This document shows, piece by piece, positions 26,572-37,836 of a stretch of 64,000 nt of DNA; the first letter of the stretch is position 1, and the number at the start of each line of letters is the position of its first letter. The DNA is from Chara braunii (Eukaryota > Plantae > Charophyceae), in the NCBI GenBank assembly GCA_003427395.1, contig BFEA01000024.1:337989-401988 (forward strand), in the 5' to 3' direction. Both the position numbers and the translations under genes were made by a program. The notes under the pieces were generated by a model. It had not been told where the DNA came from. It did not search any database and was given only the letters and a program-made list of their open reading frames with translations.

Positions 26572-28446
26572 TGTCGGAGGGCGCGGTGTTCCGGCCCTCC
26601 GCTGCTTACAGGCATTCGCCCACTCATGGTTGTTTACCAGACGTCCGCTCACTTACCGCTGCAGGCCTGATATTAGTCAATAGGGTCACGTGGAATTTAC
26701 AGGCTAGGCCTTGTTACTAGGCCTTCCGATGGGACCACGTGGGCTCGACACCCTACCTTACTGCGAGCCGTCCCGCAGCCGAAAAGACTAATTGGGTCTT
26801 GTCTGGATAGAAGAAAGGGTAGCACGGTTTACTCAGCCGCGCGTCAGGCCCCAATGGTCGTGGTCCGAGCTAGATGCAGGGTGTGATAGTGATAGTCGGC
26901 GTTATCTTCTTAACCACAAACCAGGTTCTTGTAGCTGGGTTATAGGGTAGGTGAGGTGGCAACAATCACTATCAGTAAAAGAAAAAATACAGAGAAAAGT
27001 GAAGGAAAAGGGGAAAAGAAAAAAGGGTCAAGCACGGAGTTTCAAATTTGTGCCTAGATCTAGATAGTTGCTGCCCGATGGCTTTGGTGATGTCTCGATG
27101 CAAGAGAGATTCAAAGCGTCATCCCCCTCTCCTTATAATTATTATTATTACTATTGTTATCATTATTATTATTATTATTATTATTGACTTCCTTTATCTA
27201 ATTTTCCCTTCGGTCATTTCGCTGGAGGCTAACGGTCCAGTTTTGAACTCCGATTGCAGCCTGGCGGTCTAGACTAGCCGTCCCTTCGTGTATTGCCTGT
27301 GGCTGAACTGTCCGACTGAGCGCCGTGCAATAGGACCCCAAAAGAGGGGCAACCCACGGCCGCTTCAGTAGGAGGCTTATCACCCCCAGAGGAAGGTCAT
27401 AAGCCCCCTCCTTGCCATCGGATACAGGTACCCAATAGAAGTAGGCCGACGACACATTTTGAAGAGAGAAGGGCGTCCGTCGGTATCTCGTTATGGGACC
27501 ACCGTGTCTAGTCTGCAGGTCACTTTCACATCTGAGGAAAAATGTTTAGTGGCTGACAGCGGAAGCTGGCGTTATGACCGTAGGTGTCACGCCACTTATT
27601 TTTCCCCCTTTTATTTTCCTTTGTTTCCTTTTAATTTATTCTATTAAATTTTGAAAATTCAAATTATTAAAGATGCAGAATCTTGGAAGCTATTTCAATC
27701 CCCTTTTTAGAGTACGGGGATCGAGTAGGCAGTGATCCTATAGAAGAGAGGGAGATGTGTCATTGGCAACTGGGGCAAAGGCATCCCCGTTGCACTAAGT
27801 ACGGGTGAGTCGAAGAGGGAGGACCGGGCAGCAAAGTCAGCGCGTGGGTTCGTTCGTGTGTGTGTGTGCGCTGGGTGTTCAGTTCTGGCTATTCTGGAGC
27901 TTGGTAGCCTAGCACCGTAAACAGTCCATTCGAAAAAGGGCTCAGCTATGGCGTGTAGCAACGGTCTTTTCGGCTATAGGCCAGGGCACCTGAGGTTTTA
28001 CTGGAGCTGGGAACCTATGTGAGAAGAGGAGGCTACAGTGGATGTCTGCTTGAGTAACAGTAAAAGTGACGGGGCGGTTAAGCAAAAAATCAATATCTAC
28101 GGAGGGAAAAACAGGAGATGAGGGAGGGTGGAAAAGTGCAGGGGGTAGTCATTGAGGCTCGCAACAGAGCAGAGAGATGGTGCAGGATGGATGGAGTGAC
28201 CGCGACCCTGAAGGTTACGGTTACTTATCACGAGAAAGAGACTTCCACTAGCACGACTGAGAGAGAGCAGCAAGAGCTGGACTGAGATTCAAAGGTTGAG
28301 TCCGAGGCCAGCGATGCGCAGACTCGGTCGTGGCATGGGCTGGAGCAGTGGAGGCGAGAACACCCGCCAGCCGAGTTGGTAGAGGACAACCCAGAGGCCA
28401 GCTCGCCCTAGCAGAGAGACTGAGGCGGTGTGACGGTTACGGGTCG

Positions 28447-28502
<56 letters not shown>

Positions 28503-31500
28503 GCGCGATACGTGGCAGGGCTGCGTGTGTGCAAATGCAAAGAATGCTCAGAGTGTTGACGTCCATGTTGACTCTCACATGCAGGAAGCTAAAGAGGGGA
28601 CACATGTGCGGACCAGAGCCGAGACCAAGCCCCCTAGGTGGTTGTGAGTAAGCCACTGGGAGTGGGCAGTTTTCAAGGAGCTTCACACATGATTGGGAGA
28701 GAAGAGCCATGCGTGACGCGTGAACACTATGGTGGCGGGTCTCAGAGAGCGCTCAAGGACAGTAGACGTCGTTGTTGACGACAACATTCCCCTTGTGTAG
28801 AGCGCGTCCGCAACTCCTGGACAGAGTTAGTAACATTGCGTCCGCCAAGCTGGGACAATCACAAGAAAACAAACGGGGGTTGAGCCTGCGTGACTGTGTG
28901 GAAGAGTGTCCGTGCCCAAGCCCAAGCGAGAGCGCTACGCCTGAGTACGTGGTTGGGGTCACCCTCCATTTGGGTGACCCATCTCGCCAGTCGTTGCAGG
29001 TCGCAGCACTATCAGTTTCGTCGGATTATCGTGATAAGCCTGGGGTGGGCTTTTTTCACCATGTGCTTGGTCTCTAGGCTAGAGAGAATGTGCGCACTTG
29101 CCTTTTTGAACTCGTGCCTAACGATGTTGCTTTCTTGAATGAGCGAACACGAATGGAATTGGGGTTCTCATACTGTGCACTTCAGGCGTAATCAGTGAGA
29201 CAGCGGGCCGACTATCACGAGAAAGAGAGGACTAGGTGGACACGATTGTGAGAAAGTCACGCTCACAGCAAGCTATGAGGAAGAGGCAAAGAGGTTGCGA
29301 AATAGACTGACCAATCATCACTTACCTGGGATTGGTTTCCGCTGCACTCCCGGGGAATAAGTTGTTTTCCTCTTTTTCGTCCTTTCGGAAGCTGGAAAGT
29401 GTGTATGCCTTTCTGGGTGCGTGCCTATGGTGGTAATTCTCTCGAAATAAACGAGACAAGAAATGGACTTAAACACACGCGTCTTGTGAACTGAGTGGGA
29501 TCAGCGTGACAACGGGCCAACTGTCGAGTACGTGAGGCATCGAGTAATTAAGGGCTATCCCACGACGCCAACATGTTCGAGGGGAGTGGGCAGTCATAGC
29601 TTAGAAATGAGAGTGGGTGAGGTTTCCCTTGCAGCTGGTGCCATGTATGACGTAGCGAGAAGGTCTCCAGAGCACAGGCAAAACCCGAAGAAGAGAGCAT
29701 GATGGCCTATCGAGGTCCAGAGCAAGGGAATATATCAGTTGACGTCATCCTATGGCATTGCTAACGCAGGTCAATCTTCCAGAAGCAGTGCGCCCTCCTC
29801 GTTAGTCTGAGTTTTTAGCGAGGTTTCCTTGAGAGAAGAGCATACATGATGTCGAGGATGCTATTATTAGCAGTAGATTCCAGCTAGCAGCCGCTGCGAC
29901 CCTCGTCCAGATATGTGAGGTATTCTCTCTGTGAGGCAGTGACTAGGCGGTATAGAGGTGATGGCGTATGAATGACGTGTGTACAGAGAGGAGATATGGG
30001 TGAGAATAGTGAGAGGGAAGGTTAAAATGAGCGACTTACTTAGGGGATAGAAATTGTGTCGCCTCTGATTTGTTTTATATACTGTCTTGAGCTGCGCGTG
30101 AAGGGTGTCATGGTTGGCTATAATGTAGAAATAAAGGGTATGTGGTGAACGCTCCACGGGAAGACACGGCGCTTATCAAACCTAGGTAGAGTTTTAATTG
30201 AGTTATTTTGGTACTTGAGTCGACAGTATGCGTGCAGTATGAGGTTGAGCGCATGGACAAGTTTTCTTAAATCACGTACGAAAGACGTGAGCTAAAAACG
30301 ATGACGCTATCAACGGTGTAAGTTACATAATATTTCTCCTTTTAATTGATCACGCTCTGTGTGATGACTCGGTCATGAATGGGTCGTGCATGAAAAGAAG
30401 TTGTTCTCGGCCAAGGTGAGTGGGGGAAAACAAGTAAGCGCAATTGATTGTTAACATTATTGGGTTTTTAGTAAACGACGTACTTTACCCTGGTCAGACT
30501 CTCACAAGCATCCCGAATCTGGCTACTAAGGAGAAGTCACATAGACTATTGCGACCGATTTCACAAGGGGATCTTGTACGAGTTGGGCTAATGAACATTG
30601 ACGACTCTGAGTAACTTACCTGTGACTGGACTGAGAAAAACTAGCTTTGTTGAATGAACTCACTCTTAGCCGAAATGGGGTAGGGCCTCGTGTTACAGCT
30701 GTGAGTTGTGGAAAGGTCGGGTCCGACATACTACTTGATCAGTATTATGGCAAGGGGTACTTACCGTCGGTTAAGTCTCCTATGTGAAATTCGAGAACGG
30801 GCCGCATGTGGTAGGCGAGTAACAGAAGAAGGGAAAAACACAGAGGAGTCGTAAGTGGGTTCTGCCAATGATTAGTCAATTGTAAAACGTTGGACTCTCG
30901 ACGAGGCCGAGTAGGGAGGAGGATTGTCACGGTCCTCTCTCTCGTTCGTTCATTCTCACGTGAAGGGCAAACGGAAAACGGTTACTTGGTGAGCCGTCAA
31001 GCGGCTCTAAGCATCAAATTTTGTGTTTCTCCAATCGATTGGATGAGTCAGAGGGGAAGAACCTTAAGAAAAGTGGCTTATATTCTTGCTAAATTATTGG
31101 TTGATGGTGATTAAATTAAAATCTTGTATACTGAATCAGGTTTAACGAGTTTGTGGGTCATGTTATAGCAAGTCTTATCCAATAGTGTTTGTACCATAGT
31201 TGAGTAAAAATAAAAATGAGCACTATATAACATTGTGCCTGAGGGTTGTGGTCTGATTTACATGTGAGTGGGGAAAGAACAAATATACAGAGTGTGTGCT
31301 TTGTTTTCACAAACATAGCTATGAGCTGTATAGCACGGGTTCCTCACGGGGAGGGGGTTGAACGGGTTAGGACAATACCTGAGGCCATTATTGTTCCCTG
31401 TATGTTGTGAATCGGTGTTCGGGCTGCTCTAAACGGGTAACCTCCCTTGAGGTACTCAACTCGCGTGCCAAGCGTGTGAACCAGCAACTTGAAATTATAT

Positions 31501-31837
31501 TCAGCAGTCGCCCTGGTAAGGCTAAATGGTATTGTCTCGGTGGTCTCGGTAACCCATCCCAGTAAAGCCTAGCTATCTGACTTTTGTACCCTCCTTGAAC
31601 GACGACTATAGATTTTCACTCAACCACGGACTTGTATCAGTACTCGAACTATGCTCAATAAAAGTCTACGGACCAAGGTCGACTGGGAAGATAACAGTCC
31701 AGCAGCGATCAGATAGGGCTCTCAGAGCGGGCTCCTTGACCGATCTCCATATCTGTCTCTAAACTTGAGCACACTCCCGCCAAAACCTTCCGCGGGCTGC
31801 ATCATCGATGACTTAAACCTTGGGGAGTGGAAGGAAT

Positions 31838-32067
31838 CATGAAGAAAGGTGAAACCTTAGTGACGAAATGTGAGGTTATTATGGGAAGATAAGGCTGTCC
31901 TGAGTATGAAGCACTTGAAAATAGACTTGAGGGAGAATGTAATTCGGAGGGTTAAGGAGGAAAATATCATCGAATATGTGTTTGAGTTTCGAGATCGGAA
32001 TGGCAAGCTACATAGCACCGACTCCTTCTCAGAAACGATAGAGCAGGCCCGAGCAAGGCTTAAGTGA
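31838..32067 (+). pseudogene. LTR-encoded ~80-aa ORF, frameshifted copy of 50776-51021
   Basis: Same C-terminus (VIRRVKEENIIEY.F.FRDRN..HSTDSFSETIEQA..RLK); a short deletion breaks the frame in this copy. Confidence 0.45.
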
Positions 32068-32340
32068 ACGTGAAAGGTTCTGAGGCTTCTTTATCAGCAG
32101 TCCTCAAAAGTCAAACAACACACAAGGATCAACAATGGTTATTATCTCAGCCTCACGTTATCAAGCGATTAATAGTCATTGATTTGTTATTTCAACAACG
32201 TTTAGCCACTCAAGTTACCAGGAAATCTTGACCAAGATCATTCAGCGCTCAATCATTGCAGGTTGACATTGAGACCAATATCAATTAGTATGTGCATTCA
32301 CCAAAATAATTAAGACCCTCTTAAGTGTTCACCTCTACCC

Positions 32341-33001
32341 ATGAGCGCAATTCAATCTTTCCTTTTAGTGAATCAGTCTTAGTCAGCCTCAACATCATAG
32401 CCCTCAAAGATGCAGTCCAGTATCGATACGTGAGTGCAGTTGGCTTCAAACAAGGAAACCTATCTATTTTTGTTGTTTTCATCTCACTAGTTATGCAGCA
32501 GGCACTATCCTCGACCCGAGACTCTACGTGAAGAAAGGCAAGGAGACTCATGAAAATTTTGAGTTAGTTTGGATCTCAGCGGCTAGATACCTTGAGGAGA
32601 GAGAGAGGGAGCTAGACGAAAGTGGAGTGAAGCTGATTCGCAGCTTCGGAGCAAAGCTCTATACAGTTAACCCCAAGCCTCCAGTTCCTTTTACTCTCAC
32701 TGATGGTTTTTATTGGGGTGAACTGGTGTATCTAGCCAAGAGGTACATTTCGCCTGCAATAATTGATTATGAGGCAGTGACTGAGCCATCAGAGTTCCAA
32801 CATCTCAGACGAGGGATCTTCTCTCGACCATATCTCCCTACACCATGGGAGAAGTTTTGCGCTATGGTTGACTTTCGTGTCATGAAACTTGGTTGGAAAT
32901 GTTCAGAGCTCGCAGGCTTCAAGAAGCTCTACATCGAGAGACCACAACCTCAGGCAGTACAGAGACTTGGCTCAAAGTATAGGAAACATACAACAAGATG
33001 A
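32341..33001 (+). pseudogene. LTR-encoded accessory ORF 'L' (~218 aa ancestral), 5' copy
   Basis: ATG at 32341; two frameshifts (1-nt loss ~32360, 5-nt TTCAT insertion ~32478); the 157-aa distal part is open in both LTRs. Confidence 0.65.
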
Positions 33002-33495
33002 GAGATTGAGTGTATTATCCAGAGGGATGAGTGAGAATCCCTGACTAATGCTGACCATGCTCTCATCATGAGTACTCTCTAAGATTATTATGAGTTCTCA
33101 TTCTTCCCTCACTCATGTTGTCATTGCTCAAGTTAGTCAGTTTTGCTTCTTTTGCATTGACTCTGCCAGATGATTATGCTTTTGATGATTTTGTCACAGT
33201 TCTCAAAATTAGAAAATTGCCAAGCCTAATGCATGCATGACATACCAAAATTTCATGATTATTATTTGCATAATCTTTGTTGTTCCGAATCAAAATTAAA
33301 AATTCCTAAGACCGGGGACCGGCGAAGACCGCAATTTAAGGGTCTCGCTCGAAGCCGAACGCACACAACAGGAAGCGATTTGCCTTAATTAATTAATTTA
33401 TTTAATTCAGAACAACATCCAAAATCCTGCGTGACAGCCTGTTGGCTTTTTGGTCGCTCGAAGAGGCCTGACTAGAAAAAAAAGTGCGACAAAAA

Positions 33496-33513
33496 TTGAG
33501 TCGTTGTCGGGGA
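33496..33513 (+). promoter_or_regulatory. Degenerate PBS, tRNA-Asp type (element 3)
   Basis: TTGAGTCGTTGTCGGGGA matches TGGCGCCGTTGCCGGGGA at 14/18 positions, 4 nt after the LTR end. Confidence 0.65.
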
Positions 33514-33834
33514 CATGAAAATCTTTCGTGTTAGGAACGAGCCTGGGTCAGTGACAACTTTGAGTTTTTATTAGGACATGACTGTTGATAATGTCTGAAT
33601 TTTCAGATTGACTTTGACATCATGAGTGGGTCATTATTTTACTGGAAGTTTTCAGTCGCTAACGGGGTCTTATCTCCTCATGTGTGAGGTACCACACTGG
33701 ACCGGAGAAGGAGACTGACGTTATTCATTGGAGAGGAATCAGGCTTGATCACAGGTATGCCTTATGAGCCCTTGATGTCCTTGAAGATCTGAGTAAGAAG
33801 AGAACGAGTCAGAGGGTAAGAGATTCAATCAAGA

Positions 33835-34110
33835 ATGCTAACTGCTGATTCACTGAAAGAACTCTCAAAATTTACTATTAAACGGGTATTTCCCTATCAG
33901 TATGAGCATTGTTGGGTTTACCACTCTGGCAGTTTGACCATCCGTGTAGTACTGGCTCACTTTTTGGAGCGAGATATCCATGATATTCGTCCCTAAGCCA
34001 AGAAGGGAGGCTGCAACGACGGTGAACCCTTTAACTGGTTATAAAAAATTGTTGTTCAGTCTATCTACGACGAAAGACAAATCTAATTAAACGAAAGAAG
34101 AAAGTGGAAT
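33835..34110 (+). pseudogene. Accessory paralog 'C' of the LTR ORF L family
   Basis: MLTADSLKELSKFTIKRVFPYQYEHCWVYHSGSLTIRVVLAHFLERDIHDIRP*AKKG aligns without gaps to SLNIIALKDAVQYRYVSAVGFKQGNLSIFVVLTSYAAGTILDPRLYVKKG. Confidence 0.6.
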
Positions 34111-34236
34111 GGGGGTTAATGCCTGTAACCTATGAGACAATTCCAACTCCTTTTATTCCTGAGAGTTATTGTAAAGGAAGTAATTGGTTGCCAATAGTTA
34201 ACATGGTACTGAGTTGGAAGAAATGAGAAGGCGGTC

Positions 34237-34527
34237 ATGAGAACAAGAAAAACGTCAGCAGAGGAAATCAGACATAGAAGACTGAAATTTGATAGAGGTT
34301 CAGGTCCGAGCAAGGAAAAGGTCGAGTGTCTCATCAGATCACTGAATGTTTTAAGTGAGAGAGAAGTGTTCCCATACAAAATTGTCAAATATGAGATGGT
34401 CGAGAGTGGATGGGAGCAAGAACGATTCTATGTCATGACATTCTACTTTACAGATCTAGACACATATTATGTAAGAATTTATGTTCCTAAACAAAGGAGT
34501 GTTGATGCTGTGTATGGGAGATGCTGA
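34237..34527 (+). CDS. Accessory paralog 'A' (96 aa), unknown function
   Basis: Open ORF; SLN..S.REVFPYKIV..E...G.....FYVMT.Y......VRIYVPK motif shared with L, B, C and D. Confidence 0.6.
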   Translation: MRTRKTSAEEIRHRRLKFDRGSGPSKEKVECLIRSLNVLSEREVFPYKIVKYEMVESGWEQERFYVMTFYFTDLDTYYVRIYVPKQRSVDAVYGRC

Positions 34528-34717
34528 AGATTTGCCTAAGAAGTTGTACTGAAAGAGAAAGAGAGACTCGAGAGAGAAAATAAGTGTTTCATTGGATCTA
34601 CTCAGCTTGCATTCTTTGAGAAAATAAGTGTCCTCCTTTACCTGATGTTTTGTCAAGAAACAATTGGTCTGCTGTGATTGAGTTTGCACTTAAAGTGAGA
34701 AGAGACCAAAGACACAA

Positions 34718-34945
34718 ATGAGACGATCATACCTACCTTCAAAAGTGAAACCCTGGATTAGGTTGGGAAATGGATATAGGAAGCTGAGTAAGGAAGATTC
34801 TGATAAACTGCCTAATTCTCTTAATTCTATAACAAGGAGAGCGGTGATCTCCTACCAAATCGTGAGGTATGTATGTTCTTACCTGTTATTTTATTGACCT
34901 TGATGAGTTTGATATTGGGAGCTACGTGCCACGACATAGGTTTGA
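34718..34945 (+). pseudogene. Accessory paralog 'B' (internal deletion and frameshift)
   Basis: LSKEDSDKLPNSLNSITRRAVISYQIVRY, then in a shifted frame YVLTCYFIDLDEFDIGSYVPR; closely parallels paralog A. Confidence 0.65.
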
Positions 34946-35235
34946 AGAGTGTAGAAGCGGTCAATATTGGCAACGAGCATCAGATGTTGTGCATGATGAA
35001 AAAAAAAGGCTTGGATGAGTAGGGGATAACTTCTCTTAGAGTACTTACGTCAGGCCTTTTACTAGGATACAATCTCCACTTGTTGAAGGACTTATGTTTT
35101 CAAGGAATAAGTGGTCAGTTATGATAGATTTTGTGTGAAAGGTGAAGAGGGTTCAAGGAGAATACTCCCGGCAGCAAGGATAACTGTTGTGATATATTTT
35201 GTATAAAAGATGAAGAGGGTTCAAGGAGAATACTC

Positions 35236-35951
35236 TTGGCAGCAAGGATATATGCTGTGAGAGGTAGACTTTATGAAGTAATTGGGTCTAATAATCCCTT
35301 TGTAATCTTGAGATGCGAGACTTGTGTAAGAGGGCGAATAATATTTCACATTCCAGTAGTCAAGTTCTTGAACACAGGCAGCTTGGACGTAAGGGTTTAC
35401 ACTTCGGTATGCCTAGAAAAGGAAGTTGGTTATTTTGAATGTCGGTTAGGAGTTTATATCAGTCTTATAAGGACAAAAAAGTGGCTGGAAAAATTAGAGA
35501 GGAAAGTAACTTGGGGAGAAGGAATAAGACAATTTGAGAAACTCCCTAGTTTTTTTTAAACTACTGATGACTTTGACGACAGGAGAGACTAGTCACCTCT
35601 TCTAAAAACCATTGTCATTGTAGGTAACGTAAGGAACAATGACTTCATAGTGATGATAAAGTCCCTACTCTTAAATACTTTTGAATACCAGTTCGAGATC
35701 CATGAAAAATTACAGAGGAAAGTAACTTGGGGAGAAGGAATAAGACAATTTGAAAAACTCCCTAGTTTTTTTTAACTACTGATGGCTTTGGCGACAGGAG
35801 AGACTGGTCACCTCTTCTGGAAACCATTGTCATAGTAGGTAACGTAAGGAAGAGTGACTTCATAGTGATGATAAAGTCCCTACTCTTAAATATTTTTGAA
35901 CACCAGTTCGAGATCCCTGACTATATTCATCCTGAGATCTACCTCCCCTAA
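35236..35951 (+). pseudogene. Accessory paralog 'D' with an internal ~215-bp tandem duplication
   Basis: PFVILRCETCVRG...KFLNTGSLDVRVY matches the family core. After the poly-T, KLPSFF-TTDGF...W matches L's KPPVPFTLTDGFYW. 35488-35701 is duplicated at ~35704-35916. Confidence 0.55.
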
Positions 35952-36552
35952 CATTGTTCATGATGGTCGATAATGCCTGGAACGGTTGATCAGCTAACAT
36001 TCGGGGTTGTATTGGAAGGTAGAGTTGTTAAGACAGAAGAGACTCTTCGGATCTCAGACACAGGTCTCTCTGCTTTGGATGAACTTGCGTTTCTGTAACC
36101 TTTCTTTGATCAGATGACAGACTGCGCTCTAAGAGTCATCACTGACCACACTGAGATCAACTATTTACTGAAGGTAATGAGAGTGAGAATTATTGAGAGA
36201 ATATCATATCACTATTCTAGAGAACGAGTCTCTCTTGCTAGAAGAATCAACAGCGGTTCGTAAGCTATGCAAATTGACTATGAGATTGTAGATCTGATAC
36301 GATACTTTATGATCAGGGTACTGTGAAAAGGTATAACAAAAGATTGAGTAGGGATGATGAAAGAAAACTGATTGAAGGTTATATTGGAAGACTGCGAAGT
36401 ATTGCATTACCTTTGATCACCACCCAGTTTACTATTGCCTACATTCTCTATATACAAAACTCTCAAGGGGTAGAGCAAACAAGAGAAGGGAGAAACGAGT
36501 CTGTATCCCTTGCAAGAAGAGTAAGGGAAAAATAAGAAAGAGGAGTACAAAA

Positions 36553-37632
36553 GTGACAGGAAGAGAGATAAGAGATTATCAGGGGAAGTTTATGGTTAAA
36601 ATGGCAGGACGAGGGAGACCTAGCTCTTCTGCAGGGACTAACGACGAGACCCTGATTGGTACCATACGAGAACTGGTCGAGAGAGTTAACACGATAAAAG
36701 GAGGGTCAGATATTGCAAGGACAAAGAGGCCAGATGAGAGGACTCCATGCTTAAGAGGTCCTCAAGTAAATGATTTCTTGGATGAGTATGAATTGTTCGG
36801 GCTCGGCTATGGTTGGACAGACAAACAACGACTCAAGCACCTTTTGTCTTATTGTGACATTGACTCGAGGTTGGCTGTTCAAGAGTTGATGGAAGAGGCT
36901 ACAACATGTGAAAAAGTCAAAGAAAGAATGAAGAGGGAACTTGAGAAAGACTCTGTCTCAACTACTACCAAGGACCTACTCAACATCAGAAGAGCTAAGT
37001 ATGACACCTTTAATGTCTTCCTTCAAACTTTTATCAGAACAACTAGGAGAATCCCATATTTGGATGAGGCTCAAAGATGCCATATTTTTTTGACTAATTT
37101 TATAGATAATGAGAGACAAACTGTTCTCAATCAAGCTCGACACTACCCTCTCAGATGTGATGAAATGGTTGAAATAGTCAGAACTCTGCCTACGGTCTCA
37201 CACAAGAAGTGGTTACTGAATCAGATCAGTACGCTGACTAAAGACTGGGAGACCGAGAACGGTATGAGCAGAGGGAACAATTTTAGTGTTGAAAATCTTA
37301 TTCAACGAGTTATAACCAATTACATGCCTGCTAACCATGTCGATGATGAAAAAAGGAAGAAGAAGGCTGAAAGCGAAGATGAAGATGATGATGATGATGA
37401 TGATGACTATCGTAAAAGAGGACATTCCTCCAGGTCAAGAAAGAATAAAGGAAATGGTGAAAAAAAGAACAGAGAGAAAAGAAAGTATGATGAACGTCCA
37501 ATGAAGAGTTATGTCTGTTATTATTGTGGTGAGGGAGGTCATACTTCCACCTACTGTAAACCATTGGAGGAGGATGTGAAGAGTGAGGTGGCAAACAAGG
37601 ATGCAATGAGTCATGTTTGTGACAGTTCATGA
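36553..37632 (+). pseudogene. gag: gag of element 3 (the TGA at 37630 is probably premature)
   Basis: FLDEYE...GWTDKQRL gag-like core, acidic/basic tract, CYYCGEGGHTSTYC knuckle. Confidence 0.8.
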
Positions 37633-37836
37633 AACAAACTGGATCTTAGACACCCCGAAGGTATGAGACTTTTTGCCATTAAACATGAGGAAAAAATGAA
37701 GAAAAAAAAGAAGAGAAAAGTCAATGTAAAATGTTTATTTTTTCATCGGTGAATTGCCTGAAGGGCTTGTGCAAAAATTGATGACTCTCTTTCATTGATT
37801 GAATTGCCTCTATAGTCTCTAACTTTACTGAAAGAC

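Larger units (their letters stand above)
26572..33491 (+). repeat. 5' LTR of element 3 (6920 bp)
   Basis: Collinear with 45353-52450 over its full length; contains (ATT)n at ~27135-27185 and (GA)n at 28448-28499. Confidence 0.92.

Noticed and set aside
33492-36550. env-like gene in element 3
   Set aside because: No signal peptide or transmembrane anchor in the extra ORFs, and they lie upstream of gag.
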